NCBI RefSeq assembly: GCF_963921235.1
Contig: NC_086097.1
Location: 24,926,001-24,990,000 of the forward strand
Reading direction: 5' to 3'
Source of the DNA: Mobula hypostoma
Lineage: Eukaryota
Length of the DNA: 64,000 nt
A program made the translations under genes and the position numbers. Of the stretch, positions 50,826 through 63,035 are shown piece after piece. Positions within the stretch are counted from its first letter, which is position 1. The number at the start of each line of letters is the position of its first letter. The notes under the pieces are model-generated. The model saw only the letters and a list, made by a program, of their open reading frames with translations, had not been told where the DNA came from and searched no databases.

Positions 50826-52295
50826 ACACACAAACACAGCGTTTTCTCAAATCTGTAAGCACAATCCCAGTGACAATCAATCACTTCTTCAATTTACTAA
50901 AATCATTATTACCTGTTCAACAGCACAGTGATTAATCAACTCTCTTCTCTCAATATTTTTGTTTGCATTGAAAAGACATTGCACACATACAACAAAGAGC
51001 CAGACACACGGACCCACACAATGCCCCACCCCTCTTCATCTCACCCCACTGATGTTGCTTCCTTCTTCCTTCTTTCTTGTTCACAGGCTCTCACATGTTT
51101 TTGTTTCATGGACTACACCCCAAGGTTCTGAAAGAGGTGGTTCAAGAGATAGTGGAGACATCAGTAATGCAAGGTTACACCACTCTTTAAGAAGGGAGGG
51201 AGGCAAGGATATTACAGGCCAGTTAGCCTGATCTCAGTGGTTGGGAAGATGCTGAAGTCGATTGTTTAGGATGTGGTTTTGGGATACATGGACACACATG
51301 ATACAATAGGCCAAAGTCAGCAGAGTTTCCTTAAAGGAAAACCCTGCCTGACAAATCTGTTGGAATTCTTTGAGGAAATAACAAGCAGGGTGGATAAAGG
51401 AGAATCAGTGAACAGTGTGTACTTGGATTTCAGATGGCCTTTGACAATGTGTCGGACATGAGGCTGCTTAACAAGGTAAGAGTCCAAGGTATTACAGGAA
51501 AGATACTAGCATGGATAGACATTGGCTGATTGGCAGGGGGCAAAGAGCGGGAATGAAAGGAGCCTTTTCTGATTGGCTGCTGGTGACTAATGGTGTTCCA
51601 CAGAGGTCGGGGTTTGGACTGCTTCTTTAGTACATTGTATGTCAATCATCTGGATGATGGAATTGATGGCTTTGTGCCAAATTTTGTGGACGATACGAAG
51701 ATAGGAGGAGGGGCAGGTAGTGGTGAGGAAGCAGAGAGGCTGCAGAAGGGAGACAGATTGGGAAACGCATAACGAAGTGGCAGATGGAATATAGTGTCAG
51801 AAGTGTATATTCATACACTTTGGTGTAAGGATTAAAAGCATAGACTATTTTACAAACAGGAGAAAAATTAAAACTCTGAGGGCCCCTCATTTAAAAAAGG
51901 ATATGCTGATATTGGAGAGGGTACAGAGAAGATTTACAAGAATGATTTTGGGAATGAAAGGCTTATTGTATGAGAAATGATTGATGGCTCTGGGCCTGTA
52001 CTTGGAGAAACTTAGAAGAATGGGGCGGGGGAATGTCACTGAAACCTATCAAATGTTGAAAGGCCTTGAGAGAGTGGATTTGAGGAGGATGTTTCCTATG
52101 GTGGGGGGGGTCTAGGACCCCAGGGCACAGCCTCAGTATAAAGGGATACACATTTAAAAAGGAGATGAGGGGGAAATTCTTTAAGACCATAAGACCATAA
52201 GACAAAGGAGCAGAAGTCAGCCATTCGGCCCATCAAGTCTGCTCCACCATTTTAACATGAGCTGATCCATTCTCCCATTTAGTCCCACTCCCTCC

Positions 52296-52757
52296 CAGCA
52301 CTTATCCTTGTCAGCAGAACAAGTGCTACACATGCCCTTACACTTCCTCCCTCACCACCATTCAGGGTCCCAGACAGTCCTTCCAGGTGAGGTGACACTT
52401 CACCTGTGAGTCGGCTGGGGTGATATACTGCGTCCGGTGCTCCCGATGCGGCCTTCTATATATTGGCTAGACCCGACGCAGGCTGGGAGACCGTTTCGCT
52501 GAACACCTACGCTCTGTCCGCCAGAGAAAGCAGGATCTTCCAGTGGCCACACATTTTAATTCCACGTCCATTCCCATTCTGATCTGTCTATCCACAGCCT
52601 CCTCTACTGTTAAGATGAAGCCACACTCAGGTTGGAGGAACAACACCTTCTATTCCGTCTGGGTAGCCTCCAACCTGATGGCATGAACATCGACTTCTCT
52701 AACTTCTGTTAATGCCCCTCCTCCCCTTTGTACCCCATCCCTTATTTATTTATTTAT

Positions 52758-52821
<64 letters not shown>

Positions 52822-53163
52822 CTCCCTCCGTCCCTCTCACTATAACTCCTTGCCCATCCTCTGGGTTGTTTTCCCCCCCTCCCCCTTTCTTTCTCCCTAG
52901 GCCTCCTGTCCCATGATCCTCTCCCTTCTCTAGTCTGGTATCCCTTTTGCCAATCAACTTTCCAGCTCTTAGATCCACCCCTCCTCTCCTGTCTTTTCCT
53001 ATCATTTCAGATCTCCCCCTCCCCTCTCACTTTCAAATCTTTTACTATCTCTTCTTTCAGTTAGTCCTGACGAAGGGTCTCGGCCCGAAACATCAACTGT
53101 ACCTCTTCCTATAGATGCTGCCTGGCCTGTTGCGTTCCACCAGCACTTTTTGTGTGTGTTGCT
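52296..53163 (+). mobile_element. Penelope-like element 3' part: GIY-YIG endonuclease pseudogene and pLTR
   Basis: Translates HFTCESAGVIYCVRCSRCGLLYIG*TRRRLGDRFAEHLRSV..VATHFNS; (CT)n at 52762-52815. Confidence 0.92.
53063..53099 (+). ncRNA. Minimal hammerhead ribozyme motif (cleavage region CpG-decayed)
   Basis: AGTC-CTGACGA-AGGGTCTCGGCCC-GAAAC-ATC-AACTG. Confidence 0.65.
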
Positions 53164-53529
53164 TGATATGTTCTTGATTAGTCAGGATGTGAAAGGTTGT
53201 GGGGAGAAGGCAGGGGAGTGGGGTTGAGTGGAAAATTGGATCAGCCATGATGAAATGGCAGAACAGACTTGATGGGCCGATTGCCTGACTCTGCTCCTAA
53301 ATCTTATGGTGTTATGGTCTTTTTTAGCAGCAGGTCATGATGCTGGGCTCACACTCAATCTGTATACTGAAAGCTGTAGCCTTCCTCCAGACAATTTAGG
53401 CTGACACACTGAGGGATGCTGCCCAAAATATCATCTCTTTATTCCCCTCCATAGATGCTGCCTGAGCTGCTGAGTTCCTTCAGTATTCCATGTATTTACT
53501 GCTGAATTTGCAATTTGTCCTTGGTGAGT

Positions 53530-54362
53530 TGGGTCTGTGCTGTGGCCAACTAAACTAATCCCCTCTGCCTACACAATCCTTCCATTTCCCTCACGTTTGT
53601 GTGCCTATCTAAATGTATTTACCTCCAGCACCACCCCAGGCAGTGCATTCCTGTGTCAAAACCTGCCCTTCACATCTCCTTTGAACTTACCCCTCTCACC
53701 TTAAGTGCATGCCCTCTGATATTAAACATTACAACCCTGAGAAAAAGTTGCTGTCTGTCTACGCCTCTCATAATTTTATAAGCCTCTATCAGATCTTTCC
53801 TCAGCCTCCACCACTCCAGAGAAAGCAGCTCAAGTTTGTCCAACTTCTCATCTTCATGCATGCCCTCTAATCCAGGTAACATCCTAGTGCACCCGTTCCA
53901 AAGCCTCCACATCCTTCTCACAATGGAGCGACCAGAACTGTATATAATACTCCAAATGTGGCCTAAATGGAGTTTCAGAAAGCTGCAACATAACTTCCTG
54001 ACTTTTGAACTTAATTCCTTGCCTAATAATGGCAAACATGCCTTTAGCTTTCATAACCAGGTTCATAGCCTGCGCAACCACTTTCAGGGAGCTATGAACC
54101 TGGACCCCAAGATCCATTTGCTCCTCAGCACTCTTAATACTCTTGCTGTGAACACCATACTGTCTCTTTACATTTGACCTGCCAAGGTGCAACACTTTAC
54201 ATTTGGCTGTGTTAATCTCCATCTGCCATTTCTCCTCCCATACTTGCAAATGATCTATATTCCGCTGTATTTTTTGCCATTCTTCTACACTATCCACAAC
54301 ACCACCAATTTCCATATCGTCTGCAAATCTACTAACCCACCCATCCATATTTTCATCCAGGC
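53530..54362 (-). mobile_element. CR1 3' fragment
   Basis: ORF 53884-54348 VSRFADD..RPHLEYYIQFWS. Confidence 0.9.
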
Positions 54363-54629
54363 CACTATTTATTTATTTAGATACAGCGTGGGCAAACCCT
54401 TCTGGTCCTTTGAGCTGTACTGCCCAGCAACACTGGACAGTCCCAATTTAACCCTAACCTAATACAGGACAACTTACAATGACCAGTTAACCTACTGGGT
54501 ACGGCTTTGGACCTTGAGAGGAAGCCAGAGGCTTTAACAGTCTTATGGTCTTCTCAAGCCTAAGTTTTACGATCAAAAAAATGATTCCAAATGAACCAGC
54601 ATCCTTACCCTCCATCAGTTCTAGCTGAA

Positions 54630-55152
54630 AATTTGAGGAAGGACATTCTAGCTATTGAGAGAGTGCAGCGTAGGTTCACGAAGTTAATACCCGGGATGGC
54701 GGGACTGTCATATGTTGAAAGATTGGAGCGACTGGGCTTGTATACACTGGAATTTAGAAGGATGAAAGGGGATCCGATTGAAATATGTAAGATTATTAAG
54801 GGATTGGACACGCTGGAGGCAGGAAATATGTTCCCGATGTTGGGGGAGTCCAGAACCAGACGCCACAGTTTAAGAATAAGGGGTGGATAATTTAGAACGG
54901 AGTTGAGGAAAAACTTTTTCACACAGAGGGTTGTGGTTCTGTGGAATGCTCTGCCTCAGAATGCAGTGGAGGCCAATTCTCTGGATTCTTTCAAGAAAGA
55001 GTTAGATAGAGCTCTTAAAGATAACGGACTGAAGGGATATGGGGATAAGGCAGGAACTGGATACTGATTGTGGATGATCAGCCATGATCACAGTGAATGG
55101 TGGTACTGGCTCAAAGGGCTGAATGGCCTACTCCTGCACCTATTGTCTATTG
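54630..55152 (+). mobile_element. CR1 3' fragment with (CTATTGT)n tail
   Basis: LRKDILAIERVQRRFTKLIPGM..; cctattgtctattg end. Confidence 0.9.
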
Positions 55153-55489
55153 AAGCCTGTTTAACTAAAGCCTGATCACTCCAATACCGGCACACTCACA
55201 CAATGGCCACTCCACTATCACCTCATTTCTTAAATTGGCATTTGCTACATGCCTAATAGACCATTATGACTACAGGATACCGAAATTTTCAAGGAGGCCC
55301 CAAGCTCTTTATAAACCTCACACCACTTCTCCCACAAGCGAGTGGTCACAAAGATTGCAGGCCACTGAAAAGTCTCGAAGGGCCTCAAGCCCTTGTTAAA
55401 GCACATGCCATCTCTCCCACAAGCAAGAGCTCATGATGATTGCTGGCTGCCTCATCAAATCCCTGAAGTTACTACACCCTCCCTGTTCT

Positions 55490-55785
55490 TGAAACCCCAC
55501 CAGCACTTACTCCCCTCCCTGTCTCTGTGACCCCTCCAGAGACCCTTCCCTGTCTCTATAACCTCTCCCACCACTACACTCCTCACTACCTCTATACAGC
55601 CTTCCAGCTCCTACACACCTCCCTGAATCTGAAGCCCCTTCCAGCCCCTACAAGCCTCCCTACCTCTGTAACCCCCTCGAGCTCTTACACCACTCTCTAC
55701 CTCTGTATACCCCTCCAGCCCCTACAAACCTCCCTGTCTCTGTAATTCACTCCAGCTCCCACACCCCTCCCTGATTCTGTAACAC
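55490..55785 (+). repeat. Degenerate ~33-35 bp minisatellite
   Basis: Repeated cctccctrtctctgtaacccctccagcccctaca-like units. Confidence 0.75.
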
Positions 55786-56520
55786 GTCAGGCAGCACCTT
55801 TTAAATCCAATGACCCTCTGGGTGAAAATATTCTTCCTAAATCCCTTCTAAACTTCTCACCACTTACATTAACTCTGAGCCCTTGGACATGTTTGTTGAG
55901 AGCTAAGGATACATCCTATCTATCCTGTCTTCGCCCCACATCATTTTTTATTCTCAGCGTGCTTTTACTGTTTACATATCAGACATACTTATAGTGGAGA
56001 GTGTAAAGCTGCCTTGCAGAATGTAATCAATGTTGTAAGAATTATTGATGAAAGAATTGGTCCTTTAGTTCCAAGCACGCTTATCTAAAGCACACAGCAG
56101 TCAAAAGACACAATATCCATCCAACAAACTCCCATCTCCATGGCAATATCAACCCTCGAGCTCTCTGCTGTTGCTCCTCCCTCCCACCCGAGAACCTTTA
56201 ACCCTTTAGTATATCGCTCTTCATCACAACAACTGATCCTCCTCCAGTTCCTGCCTTGAGTGACAGGAGTTAAGGGCAGCTCAGGGGAGAGTTCGATACT
56301 AAGCTTGAGTGTTGTCTTATGAGGAGTGTCCACTGTTACGTTTTTTAACTCTAGAAACTAATCAAAAGAAAATCATTGGAGTCAGGGATACCTGTGTACT
56401 TCGTTTTCTTTTAGTGAGGTGGTCACATGTGACGTGGCGGCACAGTGATGTATGCCTTTCACATACTTGTTACATATAATCCATAATGAATTACGTAAAC
56501 AAACAATGTATCTCCAATAT

Positions 56521-56867
56521 TGTGACGCTCTGGGAAGGGACATGGTCAATAGCCCGCCCCATGCATTTCTAATGACCAGTACTGTTTACTGTTCTTGTGT
56601 TAAAATGCTTTTGTGGGATTATGGTGGTAAGTTCCAGTTCATTTATTGCTACATTTTATCTTGGGCTATACAGTTACTCTCTGGTGTATTTGTGGGTCAC
56701 CCTGACTGTAACCGGGGTATGTGATGGTCACCTCCCTATCTGGTGAGACTGGTTGGGTTCACTCTCCAGGTCATGGTGCCCAGTCTGTTTTGTGTTTGTC
56801 ACAATACGACAGTTGTTGAATTCAACAAGCATCCTTGTCTGTCATTATGGACCAAATGCTCACCACA
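56521..56867. mobile_element. Probable solo LTR inserted in the host LTR
   Basis: TGTG..CACA ends; imperfect 4-bp flanks atat/gtat; host LTR resumes afterwards. Confidence 0.55.
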
Positions 56868-56951
56868 GTATTATTCAAAGATTACTATAAACTCCAACAC
56901 AATATAGAATGCATCTCAACTCAAAAGTGTAACATTCTGCTCTCTAGTTAT

Positions 56952-56982
<31 letters not shown>

Positions 56983-56994
56983 GTATATATACAC

Positions 56995-57855
56995 TGTTAC
57001 GAGAATACACATAAAATTAAGATGTTTGCTGGCCTGGGCTAGCATCAGTGGCATCAGCAGTTGGTCTGCCACCTGCCCTCAGGGGAAGGAGAGATAAGGA
57101 ACAATGGAGCAGCGTCTGGAGATGTGTAATGAAGGGATGTGGGAGGAAGAGCTGTCTGGAGCGGCTCCCCCCTTTGAACCCTGGACTGTTTGAAGTGATG
57201 GACAGGCGATACCCCAGCAGGGGGATAAAAAGGGACAGGTTCGCTAAGACAGACACACACGCCACCCGAGGTAACGAGACCCTGGAAGCGGTGCGCCTCT
57301 CACGAGTGGGTGAGAAGTGCCAGACAACGACAAGGGTGGAAAGGTACGATCAGCGGGAACCCGGTGTGTGTCCGCCCTTGCCTGGGTGCCGGGTTCACTG
57401 CAGAGGATCGACCGCATCTGGAGGAGGGGTCACAGTCGGTGACCTCAGGTGACATCACCAAGGACCCGCCCAAATGCTGTTTGTGAGCCATCCCGCTGGT
57501 CTGTGAGTGAAGCAGTGTGCTGAATGATCAGTTGTTCCTGTTCTCTCTCTCTCTTCCCCCACCTTGTCCATCGCCATGGCAACGATTACTGCGAACTGAA
57601 CTACAAACTGGACTGAACTTTGAGTCATTTTGAAATTGGTCATTTACCCCTAGACAACGATAGAGCTTGATTGATGCTGTTATCTTAATTCTGTGCACAT
57701 GTGCGGTTATCATTGTTGAATTGTTGCATTTATTATCCTTTCGATTACTGTGTTGCTTGTTTCTTTAATAAAACTTTCTTAGTTCTAGTACTCCAGACTC
57801 CAACTGAGTGATCCATTTCTGCTGGTTTGGCAACCCAGTTACGGGGTACGTAACA
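56995..57855 (+). mobile_element. Solo LTR (861 bp)
   Basis: TGTTACG..CGTAACA ends; 4-bp TSD acac; GATAAAA near 57224; AATAAA near 57767; CpG-rich. Confidence 0.9.
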
Positions 57856-58514
57856 ACACGCACGCACGCACACACACACATATATTATATAGTACAGTGT
57901 GTATATATACACACTGTACTATATAATACAACTACTCTATTGATCTCCACAGCAGAGTAAATTTTAAATTGTTCCACCGAAGACTAAGGATTTCATCGCC
58001 ATGGAGGATTTGTTACTCTTGTGGGATAACATCTCTCCTGACAGGTGGGGAGGAGGTGGGAAGCACTCTGCTTGGCGAGTGCGACTTGTGGTTGTGAAAC
58101 ACTCTCAGCTTCTGAGGCCTCCACTGTGATGGTTGCAGTTGACTCTAAGACTGCAGGAGGTGATTCTGACAGCTCTGGACACTTCTCTAACAACTGACTC
58201 TTCTGTCCTCAACAGATCGATGCGCCATCTTTAGTTGACTTCAGGTGTAATCTTCACTGTGTAGCAGAGTGGTCCAGTTCTGTCCTTAATCTTTCCAAGT
58301 ACCCACTTCCTGTGGATGCGTTGACATACCAGACAGTGCATGGCAAGCTGCTGGATGTGCTGATTTATCCCAGACAGCCAGATAAAGCTCTGAGCCAATG
58401 TTTTCATCTTGACCACACCTAGATGACCAGTATATTGCTCCTCCAACACATTAGCACTCAGCTTGGATGGTACAACAACTCTCAATCCCCACATAAGGCA
58501 AACTCTGTCGAGGG

Positions 58515-61500
58515 TATAATATTGATGTGACTAGGACACTGCTGTAGATTGAACAACCACGTTTATTCACCAGACTTCCATTTTTACTTCCTCACGTCCT
58601 GACGTCATACACACTCTGACGCTATGAATACTCACACAATACATTACATCCTCCTTCTCAAGATTTTTTTTTACAACACTGTGAATTACCAAAACAATGC
58701 CTCTAGATATGTCCTTCTTACAGTGCAACAACCATGACATAAACTAAAAAAATCTTACCTTCTTGTACTGTATTCTGCACTGTATCTTACAATACTAACA
58801 GCAGTGTATTTTCTTTTACTAACATAGACTAATAAACCTTTTATTTCACACCTTGGAACTTATAACATGTGTGACTTTGCCTCAAACTGTGTGAGACTGT
58901 ATGTATGTCTAGTCTCTGTATTTAGCTGGAAGCTTGCCTTGTCTCCCAGACCGTGTGTGATACAACTGTGACTGTGCTTGTCCTTCATCAATGTCAGTCT
59001 CTCGAGTGACCTCTGTGTCTTTGGGGTCTGCATCACTCTTGGTGTCGTTTGTTTCCATGTCTGTATATGTGGAAATGTCCTGTGCATCTGTACGTGGAAA
59101 CTCCCTCTCGCCTGTCTTCAGCAGATGCTTCCTGTTCCTCCTGTAGACTCTTCCATCTGGCGTGCAAACTATGAAGGATCTTGGTTGCTGATGTCTGTTC
59201 ACAACCACAGCTGGTTGCCAAGTGTCTCCTCTCTGTATTCTGACATTTTCACCTGTATGCAGATCTGGCAACTGTCATGTATGTCTGTCAGAGTAGCTCT
59301 TTTGCTTTATTTGCTTGTACTTTTGCTTGTCATGTACGTGAGCATTACCTTCAGGAGTCAGTAGAGTTGTGGATGTTGGCAGTTTGGACTTCAGACGACA
59401 TCCCATCAACAGCTGCGCAGGACAGAACCCCACACCCTCAATCGGTATGTTGCGGTATTCAAGCAGAGCAATGTAAGGGTCACCGTTGCTGCTTTGTGCC
59501 TTCTTGAGCATGTTCTTGATAGTTTGTACAGTTCTCTCTGCTTGTCCATTAGACTGAGCGTGCCCTGGACTGAGTAACATGTTGAAATTCCCAGCTTTCT
59601 GAGAACCCTCTGAACTCACCACTGGCATGTTGTGGACCATTGTCACTATCGACAATATCTGGAATACCATGTCTTGTGAACGTTGACTTCATTGCGGTAA
59701 TGACAACTCGACTGGACGTGTCACTTAACTTGGTGATCTCCGGATATTTTGAGTAGTAGTCCACACAAAGCAGATATTCTGCACCATTGTAGTGAAAGAG
59801 ATCTGTGCCAATCTTCTCCCATGGTCTTCCTGGTAGTGGGTGGGGAAGCAGAGGCTCTCTTGGATTGCTGTTTTTGTTTTCATTACAGACAGCACACTGA
59901 GACACAATGTCCTCTATCTGAGTTGACATGCCTGGCCAATATAGAATGTCCCTTGCTCTTTCTTTACATTTCACTATCCCCAAGGTGTGACTCATGAATC
60001 CTTTGAGCATTTCCTGTCTCATTTGGTTTGGTACAATGAGTTTTGCCGTTTTGAACATTAGTCCTGATGCATAGCTGATTTCCTCTTTAAATGTCCAGTA
60101 TTTCTGCATTTCCTTTGGAACATCTTTTCTTTCTGTTGGCCATCGATTCATTGTAATGTCTCTTAGCATTTGCATTTCAGGATCACCTGCAGTCACTTTC
60201 CTGAACAAGTTCAACTTCTCCTCAGAGATGGGTAGCTGAGGTGTAACCCAGTTGACCTCCAGCTCTCTTCCTAGCAACTCTTCCTTTTGCTCTTTGAGGT
60301 AAGCACGGCTCAAAGCATCAGCAATGTACTGTTCTTTTCCTGGCTTAAAGGTGACTGTGAGAGTGTACCTCTGTAGCCTGAGAAGCATCTTTTGCAGCCT
60401 CATAGGAGCTTGGTGGAGCGGCTTTTTGAAGATGTTCTCAAGTGGTTTGAGATCACTCTCAACCTGGATTTCTTTGCCATATACATATTGGTGGAACTTC
60501 GCACACCCATAAACGATGGCGAGTAATTATATGGTTATATGGTTAATTCCTTCTCAATTTGAGCATATCGGCATTGACAGTCCGTAAGTGCTCGTGATCC
60601 ATACGCCACAGGCCTCCCATCCTGCAGTATAACAGCTCCTATTCCCTCCAAACTGGCATCCACAGACATCATCACCGGTTTATTGACAAATAGAACTTGA
60701 GTGCTGGTGCATTGGTAACCAACTGCTTCAATGTGTCAAAACTTTTCTTTTGTTCGTCTTCCCAATGCCATTCAGCGTTGCTCTCTAGTAGCTTTCGGAG
60801 TGGAGCGCTGACCTCTGATAAGTTGGGAATGAATTTGGCAAGATACTGTATTATGCCCATGAACCTCAATAGTTCTTGCTTGTCTTCGGGTGGTAGTAGC
60901 TGTACCACAGCTCTGACCTTTTCATCATCTGGTTTTGGCCCATCAGCACTGAGTACATGACCTATGTATTTGATCTCTGTAGTTCTGATCTTACATTTAC
61001 TTTTGTTCAGTTTTAGGTTGTACTCACGTGCTCTCTCCAGGAGCTTCCTCAGTCTCTGATCATGTTCCTCAATTGTGTCAGCCCATATCAGCAAATCATC
61101 AATGATGCTGACCACCCCGTCCAGGCCTTCAATCACTTGTGCCACGGATCTCTGGAATACCTCTGATGCAGAAGAAATCCCAAAGGGTAGACGCAGGAAA
61201 CGATATCTCCCTATGGGCGTTTTGAAAGTACATAATTTGGAATTTCCTTCATCCAGCTTGATCTGCCAGAAACCTTGATTTGCGTCTAATACTGAAAAGT
61301 ATTTTGTATTAGGCATGCGGGAGACAACCTCTTCAACCGTGAGCAGCAGATAGTGCTCCCTTTTGATGGCTTGGTTGAGTCTTGTGGATCCATGCAAATC
61401 CTTGCCTTTTTTTCTGTGACCGTCACCATACTATTCACCCAGTCGTTTGGTTTTATTTGTCTTGTTATGACTCCCATCTGTTCCATTCTGTGTAGCTCCT

Positions 61501-63035
61501 TCACTACTTGATCCCTGAGAGCTACTGGAATCTTTCTCGGCGCATGCACGACTGGTGCAATAGTTGGATCAATCTGGATATGGTGTTTCCCTGGTAAACA
61601 TCCTAATCCAGAAAACAAGTCATCAAAGTCTTTGAGAATGTCATTTTCTTTTTCAACACCATAGATTCGCTTCACCAGGCCTAGCTTTGTGCATGTTGCT
61701 TTGCCCAGTATTGCTGAAACATGTTGCTGCACTATTTCAAACCCAGTCTTGTATTGTTGACCTTTGTACACACAGTTGAGTGCTTTTTTGCCCAGTGGCA
61801 CCGTCTTGTGGCCGAAATATGCAGAAAGCTTGCAGGTGGATTTTCTCAGTCTTCCTCTGATGTCCAGTGAGTTGGATGTTTCTGCTGACATTACATTGCA
61901 CTTTGTCTCAGTGTCAAGCTTAAATGTCACATTCCTCCTGTTTATTATCAGATCTTGAGTCCAATCATCTTCATCCTCCATCTCTGCATTGTCAATATTC
62001 TTGATGCAGACCTCCTGTTCCACTTCAACTGTGCCAATGAGTATGTTACTGTTGCCCTCACTCTGTTCCACAGCATGCATTTTCCTTGCGTGCTCCTTCG
62101 ATTTGCACATCTTTGCAAAGTGATTTCTTTTCTGGCATAACTTGCATGTCTGACCAAAGGCTGGACATTTTCTGTATCCATGTTTATAACCACATCTGTT
62201 GCAGTTAATTTCCTTTAGATCATTCTGTGGAGCTGGCTTTGTCCTACTCTTGCCAGTTTTCACAGTTACTTCTATTTTCGATTTCGTCTCCCCCCCAGCG
62301 GGTTTCACAGTTTTTATTTTGTGCACTTCAATCTCTTCATTGAGCACTTTAATCTGACTTGACGTGATCTCGCTGGCACGGCAAACATCAATTCCCTTTT
62401 CTAATGTAAGATCCGCCTCTCTCAATAGCCTGCCTCTCACTTGATCATCCTGTATGCCGCATACAATCCTGTCACGTATTAAAGAGTCATGCAGTTGTCC
62501 GAACTCACAGTTTTTTGCCTTGTTTTTCAAATCTGTTACATAGGCGTCTATGGTCTCCATTGGTCCTTGAGCTCTCGTGAAAAACCTGTGTCGGATGTAC
62601 GCAGTAATCTTGAAACTTTTTCTTCAACACTTCGATTTTATCTTGCTCATCATCTTGGAAGACAAACATGTTGCAAATCTTTATTGCCTCTTCCCCCGCC
62701 ATATGCAGAAACGTAGCACGTTGCACTTTCTCCGTCTTTTCAGCTACGCTGCTAGCGGTGCAAAACAGCTCAAACTTCTAGATCCATATTTTCCAGTTCT
62801 CAGCAAGATTACCTTGTAGGCTTAAACTTGACTGTGGCTGTAACTGTGACATCTTTTACATGTCTTCTCTTCCTTTTTTTTCACGATTTCTTCTGACATC
62901 ATGTAATATTGATGTGACTCGGATACCACTGCAGATTGAACAACCACGTTTATTCACCAGACTTCCACTTTTATTTCTCCACGTCCTGACGTCATACGCA
63001 CTCTGACGCTACGAATACTCACACAATACATTACA
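58515..63035 (-). mobile_element. Structurally complete Gypsy LTR retrotransposon with 134-bp LTRs
   Basis: LTRs 58515-58648 and 62902-63035; TSD gaggg/gaagg; PBS TGATGTCAGAAG (tRNA-Leu-like) at 62890-62901; PPT at 58649-58659. Confidence 0.95.
58909..62852 (-). pseudogene. Frameshifted gag-pol of the nested Gypsy
   Basis: gag LIRDRIVCGI with CNRC/CKLC..HFAKMC; protease LDTE; RT LDANQGFWQI..RLPFG..IIDD; RNase H; integrase HHCC and D,D(35)E region. Confidence 0.92.

Larger units (their letters stand above)
51108..53320 (+). mobile_element. Deleted CR1 RT/3' end interrupted by a CR1 tail (52183-52295) and a Penelope fragment
   Basis: KPCLTNLLEFFEEIT; FVDD; 3' UTR resumes at ~53165. Confidence 0.85.

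Noticed and set aside
61286..62560. 424-aa ORF as a domesticated or host gene
   Set aside because: Gag-protease of an LTR-flanked Gypsy with frameshifts and an altered DTG motif
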